Assembly: GCA_012516535.1 (NCBI GenBank)
Contig: JAAYWP010000013.1
Span: 29,341 to 93,340 of the forward strand
From: Syntrophomonadaceae bacterium
GTDB lineage: Bacteria > Bacillota > DSM-12270 > Thermacetogeniales > Thermacetogeniaceae
DNA: 64,000 nucleotides
Direction: 5' to 3'
Every line of letters begins with the position of its first letter. The first letter of the stretch is position 1. The notes beneath the pieces were generated by a model. That model did no database searches, was not told where the DNA came from, and was given only the letters and a program-made list of their open reading frames with translations. The translations under genes and the position numbers were made by a program. This document shows, one piece after another, positions 57,327 through 64,000 of the stretch.

Positions 57327-58508
57327 CTACAAATAAGCAAGGGGGTTGATATGATACCCGTTAATGCGCACCTCAAAGTGGAGGTGGGGTCCTGAACTCA
57401 ATCCAGTGCTGCCCACCTTGCCAATAACCTGCCCCTGGCTCACCCTGCTGCCGCTGCTTACGGCAAAACTGGACATATGCGCATATAAGGTAGAGATACC
57501 ACCACCATGATCAATAATTACTGTATTACCATATCCACTCATCCAACCAACGTAGATAACTATGCCGCTATCAGCAGCCCATATCGGATTTCCATGAGGA
57601 GCCCCAATATCAATTCCAGTATGCATCTTATAGATTCCTGTAATTGGATGGGTCCTCATACCGTATCCGGAGGTGATCGGACCAGAAGCTGGCCACACCA
57701 TGCTGCCATTTCCTTTAGGTGGTGAGGAATATGATGGATTACTGGATTGATACTGCTGAATAATCTGGGTCAGCTTCCTGGATGACTCTTCCAGCTCTTT
57801 AATAGCACGCTCACAGGCCGCTTTATCAGCCTGCAGCCGTCTCAGAGTATCTTCCCTCTCCTGGCTGCGTGCAGCTAGGGTGTTCCTTTTACGTTCTGTC
57901 GCCCTTTTAAGAGAAAGGACCTGTTCCTTTTTCTCCTCCAGTTCCCGCTTCTGCCTGGCCAGCTCATCACGCTCTGCAGCAGTTTCCTTGACAAGTTTCG
58001 CGTCATTTTCCATCAAACGCTTCAAAAAATCCAGGCGTGTGAGAAAATCGCTCATACTGGTGCTGTCCAGCAGCACTTCCAGGTAAGACAGATTCCCCTG
58101 CATATAGATATCCCGCAGGCGCTGGTTAAGGATCTCGGTCTTCACTTGAAGCGCTTCCTCTTTTTCCTGGAGAACTGGCTCTAACTCAGCTATGGACTGC
58201 TGCAGTCTGGAAATGTCCTGCTCATACCGCTTTAATTCGCTGGATATTTGTGCAATATCCCGTTCGATACTGTCCAACTCCTTGACAATATCCTGCTGCT
58301 TTTTTTCATTTTCCCGCAACTGTTGCCTGCGCTCTTTTAGCTGGCTGTTAACCTCAGACAACTCCTCTTTCTTTTGCTCCAGAGTCGATGCCAGCCCTGG
58401 TGCCATCTGGGAAAAAATCAACACCATTCCCAGCAAAATGCTGACAATAATCTGTGGAACTCTCCTCCTCATCCTAACCCCCTCATTACTCACTAAATTT
58501 GCATCCAC
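57327..58508 (-). CDS. coiled-coil M23 family metallopeptidase (EnvC-like murein hydrolase activator)
   Basis: Long heptad-rich N-terminal region, C-terminal HTGIDI and GPHLHFEV motifs. Downstream of ftsEX. The start may be the Met at 58472. Confidence 0.85.
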   Translation of the reverse strand: MDANLVSNEGVRMRRRVPQIIVSILLGMVLIFSQMAPGLASTLEQKKEELSEVNSQLKERRQQLRENEKKQQDIVKELDSIERDIAQISSELKRYEQDISRLQQSIAELEPVLQEKEEALQVKTEILNQRLRDIYMQGNLSYLEVLLDSTSMSDFLTRLDFLKRLMENDAKLVKETAAERDELARQKRELEEKKEQVLSLKRATERKRNTLAARSQEREDTLRRLQADKAACERAIKELEESSRKLTQIIQQYQSSNPSYSSPPKGNGSMVWPASGPITSGYGMRTHPITGIYKMHTGIDIGAPHGNPIWAADSGIVIYVGWMSGYGNTVIIDHGGGISTLYAHMSSFAVSSGSRVSQGQVIGKVGSTGLSSGPHLHFEVRINGYHINPLAYL

Positions 58509-58547
58509 TTAGCGCTCAATAATATCAATACCATGAGCTATAACCTC

Positions 58548-59447
58548 TTAAACGCGCAGATAACGGCGCACGGAAATCGTGCTTCCAACTGCTCCCATAA
58601 CAACACCCACTGCTAAAAGACCTTGGAAAATCCTAAGCAATACTAATGTGCTGTTCACCAGCGGCAGAAATGTTATTGTTTCCTGTATTTTCGCTATCAG
58701 TGCCCCATAGGAAAAATAGAGAACCCCTACCGCCAGCAAAGCACCAAAGAAACCAAGAATAATGCCTTCCAGAAGGAAGGGCCAGCGCACAAACCAATCG
58801 GTGGCGCCTACATATTTCATAATGTTGATCTCCCGCCTCCTGGCAAATATGGTCAAACGAGTGGTAGTGGCGATCAGAAAAATTCCGCAAAGCCCAAGCA
58901 ATGTTATGAGCAAAAGGCCGATAATGCGCACCCAATTGGTCAGGCTGAACAACTTCTTTACAAAATCCTGGCCTCCATAACGCACACTTTCCACACCAGG
59001 CAGGTCTTCAATTTCAGCAGCGATTGTATTTACTTCATGTGGATCGCTGATCTCGACTTTAATAGCATCAGGAAGAGGGTTCTGCTCACCGACACTCTCA
59101 TCCAGTTCGTCACCCAGCCGCTTCACCAGTGATTTCAAAGCTTCATCCCGGGGAATAAAGGTAGTCTCTTTCACCCCGGATATTCTGCCGATTACCGGCT
59201 CCAAAGCAATAGCATCCTCTTCTGCAAGGTCATGCCTCATATAAACCATGATTTCAATGTCAGATTCAATTGTTTTGGCTATCTCATTGGTGTTGATTAC
59301 CAGCAGCATACCCACTCCTAAAACAAAAAGTGATATAGCTGTGGTTCCAACCGCCGCAAAATTCAACAAACTGTTCCTTTTTAGAGATCGGCCAACCTCC
59401 TGAAAAATGTAATAAGCCTGTCTAAGTAAGAGCATTTTCATATACAC
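58548..59447 (-). CDS. ftsX: cell division permease-like protein FtsX
   Basis: TM1, extracellular domain, three C-terminal TMs. Follows and overlaps ftsE. Exact start is one of several Met codons at 59435-59447. Confidence 0.9.
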   Translation of the reverse strand: MYMKMLLLRQAYYIFQEVGRSLKRNSLLNFAAVGTTAISLFVLGVGMLLVINTNEIAKTIESDIEIMVYMRHDLAEEDAIALEPVIGRISGVKETTFIPRDEALKSLVKRLGDELDESVGEQNPLPDAIKVEISDPHEVNTIAAEIEDLPGVESVRYGGQDFVKKLFSLTNWVRIIGLLLITLLGLCGIFLIATTTRLTIFARRREINIMKYVGATDWFVRWPFLLEGIILGFFGALLAVGVLYFSYGALIAKIQETITFLPLVNSTLVLLRIFQGLLAVGVVMGAVGSTISVRRYLRV

Positions 59448-60111
59448 CCCGGTTTTCGTCCCGCACTATCTTCCCATTCTCTAGAGCAATAACCCTCTGG
59501 CGCATAGAGTCGACAATTTCTTTGGCATGAGTTGCAATTATAACTGTAGTTCCATCATCATTGATCTTCTGAAAACATTCCATTATATCCCAGGATGTAT
59601 TGATATCCAAGTTCCCGGTTGGCTCATCTGCGATAATGGTTGATGGTTTATTCACCAGTGCTCGGGCAATGGCAGTTCTTTGCTGTTCCCCGCCTGACAG
59701 CTGAGGAGGATAATTATCCATCCGGTTTGCCAGGCCTACCATCTTGAGCACTTCAGGCACCCGCTTCTTAATCTCTGAGCGCCTGGCACCAACCACCTGC
59801 ATAGCAAAAGCCACATTTTCATAAATGGTACGGTCAGGCAGCAGGCGGAAATCTTGAAAAACCATACCGATCTGCCGGCGCAGATGGGGTACATCCCGCC
59901 TTCTCATTCTAAGGATACTGCGTCCGTTTATATAGATCTGCCCTTTGGTGGGCATCTCCTCTCTAAAAATCAGCTTGATCAGGGTCGATTTTCCTGCTCC
60001 GCTTGGTCCTACGATAAAAACAAATTCCCCTTGTTCGATCTGCAGGGATACCCCCTGGAGGGCTTTAACTCCATTGGGGTAAACCTTTGATACATTGAAA
60101 AAGCTGATCAC
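59422..60111 (-). CDS. ftsE: cell division ATP-binding protein FtsE
   Basis: Walker A GPSGAGKST, signature LSGGEQQR, Walker B IIADEPTGNLD. 229 aa. Confidence 0.93.
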   Translation of the reverse strand: MISFFNVSKVYPNGVKALQGVSLQIEQGEFVFIVGPSGAGKSTLIKLIFREEMPTKGQIYINGRSILRMRRRDVPHLRRQIGMVFQDFRLLPDRTIYENVAFAMQVVGARRSEIKKRVPEVLKMVGLANRMDNYPPQLSGGEQQRTAIARALVNKPSTIIADEPTGNLDINTSWDIMECFQKINDDGTTVIIATHAKEIVDSMRQRVIALENGKIVRDENRGVYENALT

Positions 60112-60145
60112 TTAACCACCTCAACACATTAATTCGAAAAGTTTC

Positions 60146-60181
60146 ACAAAAAGAGAACAACTTCCCTACATGGAAGTTGTT
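60146..60181 (-). terminator. rho-independent terminator after the transketolase genes
   Basis: Perfect 10-bp stem AACAACTTCC/GGAAGTTGTT, followed on the minus strand by CTCTTTTTGTG. Confidence 0.75.
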
Positions 60182-60264
60182 TTCGACAAAAACCTTAGAT
60201 CTCCTCTTAATCATGTAAAAAATAATATTTTCCTCAAATGGTATTTAATGAACAACAGGACATT

Positions 60265-61209
60265 CTATTTTTTTCGCCCTAAAGCCTTTTTTATCGCATT
60301 AACAAGGCTGTCTGTGTTCAACTGAAAGGCAGTTAACAGCTCATCAGGGCTTCCCGATTCACCAAAGCGATCCTTGACCCCTACACGGATCACGGGAACC
60401 GGATATTCTTCTCCTAGAACCTCAGCCACAGCACTGCCCAATCCACCGTAAATGGAATGCTCCTCAGCAGTAACAACAGCCCTTGTCTTTTTTGCCCATT
60501 TCACTATCGTCCCATGATCCAGGGGTTTGATAGTGGAAACATTGACAACAGCCACCTCAAGCCCTTCTGCCTCCAGAACAGATGCAGCTTTTAGGGCCTT
60601 ATGCACCATGATCCCTGCAGCAAAAACCACCGCGTCTTTACCTTCCCTGAGAACCGCTGCCCTGCCTAATTGAAAGTGATAGTCATCCCCCAAAATAACC
60701 GGTACAGCAGGACGCCCCAGTCTGATGTAACAAGGCCCCCTCATCTCAACAGCAGCAGTTACCGCCTGTGCGGTTTCTACAGCATCTGCAGGCACGATAA
60801 CAGTCATGTTGGGAAGGGTGCGCATTAAAGAAATATCTTCAATAGACTGATGGGAGGCTCCATCTTCACCGACCGTAATCCCGGCATGACTGGCGATGAT
60901 CTTTACATTCAAGCCTGGATAAGCGATGGCATTGCGTATTTGATCATAAGCCCGTCCTGTGGCAAAAACAGCGAAAGTGCTGGCACAGGGTATTTTACCT
61001 GACAGTGCCAATCCGGCTGCAGTTCCCATCATATTTTGTTCTGCGATACCCATCTCAAAAAACCGTTCCGGATAATGCTTAGCAAACTCACTGGTTTTTG
61101 TTGATTTGGATAGATCAGCATCGAGCACCACCAGTTCCGGATAGCGCCGGCCTAATTCCACCAATACCTTACCATAAGCATCACGTGTAGAAATTTTTCG
61201 CTCCAACAC
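60265..61209 (-). CDS. transketolase, C-terminal (pyrimidine-binding) subunit
   Basis: 314 aa. Pyr-binding and C-terminal domains (FEMGIAEQNM, HQSIEDI). Confidence 0.9.
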   Translation of the reverse strand: MLERKISTRDAYGKVLVELGRRYPELVVLDADLSKSTKTSEFAKHYPERFFEMGIAEQNMMGTAAGLALSGKIPCASTFAVFATGRAYDQIRNAIAYPGLNVKIIASHAGITVGEDGASHQSIEDISLMRTLPNMTVIVPADAVETAQAVTAAVEMRGPCYIRLGRPAVPVILGDDYHFQLGRAAVLREGKDAVVFAAGIMVHKALKAASVLEAEGLEVAVVNVSTIKPLDHGTIVKWAKKTRAVVTAEEHSIYGGLGSAVAEVLGEEYPVPVIRVGVKDRFGESGSPDELLTAFQLNTDSLVNAIKKALGRKK

Positions 61210-61229
61210 TTATTTCCTCCTTACAAAGG

Positions 61230-62069
61230 TCAACTTTCCGCACCGATCTCTTCCAGTGCCTGGCCTGCCATTTTTTTATCAGGGGCTTTACCATGCCAAT
61301 CCACCATTCCTTCCATAAAGGAAACACCCTTCCCTTTAATTGTGTGGGCAATAATCATGGAAGGTTTGTCATTTACTTTCTGTGCCCAATCAAAAGCTGT
61401 AAGCAAATCACGGAAGTTGTGTCCATCTACCTCCCGCACTTCCCAACCAAAAGCTCGCCATTTATCGGGCAAAGGGAGAGGGGACATAACCTCTTCAATG
61501 GGCCCATCGATCTGCAGGCCATTGTAATCGAGTATAGCGGTCAGATTACCTGCCCTGTAGTGGGCAGCAGCCATGGCAGCCTCCCAAACCTGCCCCTCCT
61601 GGCTCTCTCCATCCCCCAGCAGAACATAAACCCGGTAATCCCGCTGATCGAGTCTTCCTGCCAAAGCCATTCCCAGCCCGATCGATAACCCCTGCCCTAA
61701 AGACCCGGTTGATGCCTCAACACCGGGCAGCATTCCCCAGGCAGGGTGTCCCTGTAAACGGCTTCCTAATTTTCTGAGGGTCAGCAGTTCATCCACAGGG
61801 AAAAAGCCGCGCTCTGCCAAAGCGGCATACAAAAGGGGTGCCGCATGCCCTTTGCTCAAAACAAACCGGTCCCGGTCCTGCCAGAGAGGCTCTTCAGGTT
61901 TCAACCGCAGAACACTAAAATAGAGTGCTGTCACAATTTCCACACTGGAGAGACTACCCCCGGGGTGGCCTGATCCCGCCTCGGCCAGCATGCTTATTAT
62001 GTTCTTTCTAATAGTTTTTGCCTTCGCTTCTAGATCCCTGATCAGTTCTTCCTGTGCTTCTGTCATCAA
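61230..62069 (-). CDS. transketolase, N-terminal (thiamine-diphosphate-binding) subunit
   Basis: GSGHPGGSLS and GDGESQEGQVWEA ThDP-binding motifs. 279 aa. Confidence 0.9.
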   Translation of the reverse strand: MMTEAQEELIRDLEAKAKTIRKNIISMLAEAGSGHPGGSLSSVEIVTALYFSVLRLKPEEPLWQDRDRFVLSKGHAAPLLYAALAERGFFPVDELLTLRKLGSRLQGHPAWGMLPGVEASTGSLGQGLSIGLGMALAGRLDQRDYRVYVLLGDGESQEGQVWEAAMAAAHYRAGNLTAILDYNGLQIDGPIEEVMSPLPLPDKWRAFGWEVREVDGHNFRDLLTAFDWAQKVNDKPSMIIAHTIKGKGVSFMEGMVDWHGKAPDKKMAGQALEEIGAES

Positions 62070-62932
62070 GATGCCTCCTTACCTGGTATTTTCCCATAAT
62101 CTTTAAACCCCTCACCTAACACCTCATGTGCATCTGTAATAAAAACAAAGGCCCGGGGATCTATATCATAGATTAAATCCTTGAGGCGGCTTTCCTCAGT
62201 CTTCCCTACTACACAGAGGAGAAGTGGGTGTTCTTCTCCGGTAAACATCCCTTTGCTCTGCAATGCGGTAACCCCACGCCCTAACTCCCGGAAGATGCCC
62301 TGGGTCACCTCTTCCGAATGGTCTGTAATTATAAACGCAGCTTTTGCAAAACTGATCCCTTCTTGCACCAAATCAATTGTTTTACTGGTGATGAAAAGAG
62401 ATAAAAGAGCATAAAGGGCCAATTCCGCATTAAAAAATATTCCGGCCAGACTGATCACAACAAAATCCGCTCCCAGCAGACCCTGCCCCACTGTTACAGG
62501 AAAATATTTATGCAGCAACCGGGCTACCAGATCTGTGCCACCGGTAGTCCCTCCTGCTCTGAGAACAATTCCTATCCCCAGCCCAGATAAAATACCGCCA
62601 TATATAGCCGCCAAAATAACATCCCTGGTCATGATCGGCACCAGGTTATTTGTTAACTCTACAAAAACCGAAGTAAGCAGTGCCCCAAAAATACTTCTGA
62701 TAAAAACCTGCAACCCCAGTTCCCGAAAGGAAAGGAGAAACAGAGGAATATTTAATGCCAATAGCATCCATCCAACCGGTATGTTCAGCAGATGATAGGT
62801 GATGGTAGCCAGCCCGCTTACCCCACCGGCGGCAATTTTGTTAGGCACTAAAAAAATATTGAGGGCCAGCGCAATTATTGCAGAACCAACAGCGATCCAG
62901 GTATATGCTATAATCAGTCTTCGCCAGCGCAA
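62066..62932 (-). CDS. YitT-family membrane protein (DUF2179 C-terminal domain)
   Basis: Five or six TMs with the AAGGVSG motif, plus a soluble C-terminal domain. Confidence 0.8.
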   Translation of the reverse strand: MRWRRLIIAYTWIAVGSAIIALALNIFLVPNKIAAGGVSGLATITYHLLNIPVGWMLLALNIPLFLLSFRELGLQVFIRSIFGALLTSVFVELTNNLVPIMTRDVILAAIYGGILSGLGIGIVLRAGGTTGGTDLVARLLHKYFPVTVGQGLLGADFVVISLAGIFFNAELALYALLSLFITSKTIDLVQEGISFAKAAFIITDHSEEVTQGIFRELGRGVTALQSKGMFTGEEHPLLLCVVGKTEESRLKDLIYDIDPRAFVFITDAHEVLGEGFKDYGKIPGKEAS

Positions 62933-63090
62933 AGATTTCCACCCCGTTCAAAATGTTCCACAGCCTCAATTTTATTGTTGCCAGAAAGGGTCTTTTTCAG
63001 CCAATGGGTGCCTTGTCAAAATTTCTCCGTATTGCATAGCTATTCCTGCCCCTTTCGACAAATATGATAACATGGTTTTTTAGCCTAATT

Positions 63091-63125
63091 AAAAAAGCCC
63101 CGAGTTGTAAAAAGTACCCGAGGCT
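63091..63125 (-). terminator. rho-independent terminator of prfB
   Basis: On the minus strand AGCCTCGGG-N13-CTCGGGGCT (two G.U pairs) followed by TTTTTT. Confidence 0.7.
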
Positions 63126-63137
63126 GTAAAAGAAAAT

Positions 63138-64000
63138 TTATTTATTTCTAGCATAACGGAGGTAGGCTTCAATAAAGGGATCTATATCTCCGTTCATCAC
63201 CCCTTGAATGTTTCCCACCTCTAGCCCTGTTCTGTGGTCCTTGACCAGTGTGTAAGGTTCAAAAACATAAGAGCGGATCTGGTTGCCCCAGGCGATCTCC
63301 CTCTGTTCACCTCGCAGTTTGGCCAATTCCTCCTCTTGTTTCTGCCTTTTTAAATCAAGCAAACGGGAGCGCAGCATATTCATAGCCCGCAGCCTATTGG
63401 CAAGTTGGGATCGCTCGCTCTGGCACTGGACAACAATCCCTGTGGGAAGATGGGTAATGCGGACCGCAGAATCTGTTTTATTCACATGCTGACCACCGGG
63501 GCCACTGGCTCTGTAGGTATCCATCTGCAGGTCATCCGGATTGATCTCAACCTCATTATCCTCCTCTACTTCTGGAACAACATCAACTGATGCAAAAGAT
63601 GTATGGCGCCTTCCGGAGGCATCAAAGGGAGAGATCCTCACTAAACGGTGCACTCCCCGCTCAGCCTTCAGGTAACCGTATGCATAAGGGCCTGATACCA
63701 GGATGGTCACACTTTTAATCCCCGCCTCCTCCCCAGGGAGATAATCGAGCACCTCCACCTGGAAACCATGCTGCTGTGCCCAGCGTCCATACATGCGCAG
63801 CAAAATATCAACCCAATCCTGAGCTTCAGTTCCTCCTGCCCCAGCATGTAGGGAAACCAGCGCATTCCTTTTATCATGGGGATCTGTAAAAAGAGTCTCC
63901 TTCTCCCATTTTTTTATAGTTTTTGAGAGCCTAGCAAGCCCAGCCTCCAATTCCGATGCTAGTTCAAGATCCCCTGATTCTTCACTTAATTCCAGCAGCA
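63138..64000 (-). CDS. prfB: peptide chain release factor 2 (5' part outside window)
   Basis: SPF tripeptide region (RISPFD) and GGQ motif (SGPGGQHVN). The frame stays open to the window edge, so the N-terminus and any +1 frameshift site lie outside the window. Confidence 0.93.
   Translation of the reverse strand, partial: LLELSEESGDLELASELEAGLARLSKTIKKWEKETLFTDPHDKRNALVSLHAGAGGTEAQDWVDILLRMYGRWAQQHGFQVEVLDYLPGEEAGIKSVTILVSGPYAYGYLKAERGVHRLVRISPFDASGRRHTSFASVDVVPEVEEDNEVEINPDDLQMDTYRASGPGGQHVNKTDSAVRITHLPTGIVVQCQSERSQLANRLRAMNMLRSRLLDLKRQKQEEELAKLRGEQREIAWGNQIRSYVFEPYTLVKDHRTGLEVGNIQGVMNGDIDPFIEAYLRYARNK

Noticed and set aside
63138-64000. Programmed +1 frameshift site of prfB.
   Set aside because: The reading frame is continuous to the window edge, and the expected CUU UGA site would lie upstream of position 64000, so it cannot be assessed here.

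Overview
This window looks like core chromosome from a Gram-positive anaerobe (Clostridia/Peptococcaceae-like gene order, about 45% GC). That taxonomic placement is my inference. Most of it is housekeeping. In order: a LysM protein, an EEP phosphatase and an Opp/Dpp-type peptide ABC operon (1.4-7.0 kb). Then a LigD-type primase-polymerase with a Pnk-like kinase, trkH-trkA and tmRNA (ssrA, 12448-12798). An accessory-looking block follows at 12.8-20.8 kb: a RayT/IS200-like HUH transposase flanked by hairpin repeats, an OmpR/IM-HK two-component system, an ABC ATPase, a 933-aa double-FtsX permease and a CARDB-like surface protein. After that come hppA, smpB, rnr, secG, eno-gpmI-tpiA-pgk-gap, rpoN, whiA-yvcK-rapZ, glk, pgi, an Rrf2 regulator, uvrC, uvrA-uvrB, a DUF421/DUF4363 pair, a PDZ protein, ctpA, an M23 peptidase, ftsX-ftsE, split transketolase, a YitT-like protein and a 5'-truncated prfB. 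I found no CRISPR array, prophage, toxin-antitoxin pair or recognisable defence island. The signals not explained by ordinary annotation are: (1) a REPtron-like unit and at least three related families of extragenic palindromic repeats sharing a GGGGAC core, in clusters at eight intergenic sites; (2) a near-consensus sigma-54 -24/-12 promoter with upstream direct repeats in front of an unannotated 54-codon ORF, followed by elaborate hairpins; (3) a roughly 195-nt rod-like, compensatory-looking stem structure between uvrC and uvrA that I cannot assign to a known RNA family; (4) a 19-bp palindrome present on both sides of the Rrf2 gene, whose promoter -35 box comes from a repeat fragment. All functional calls come from reading motifs by eye. 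No database search was run.
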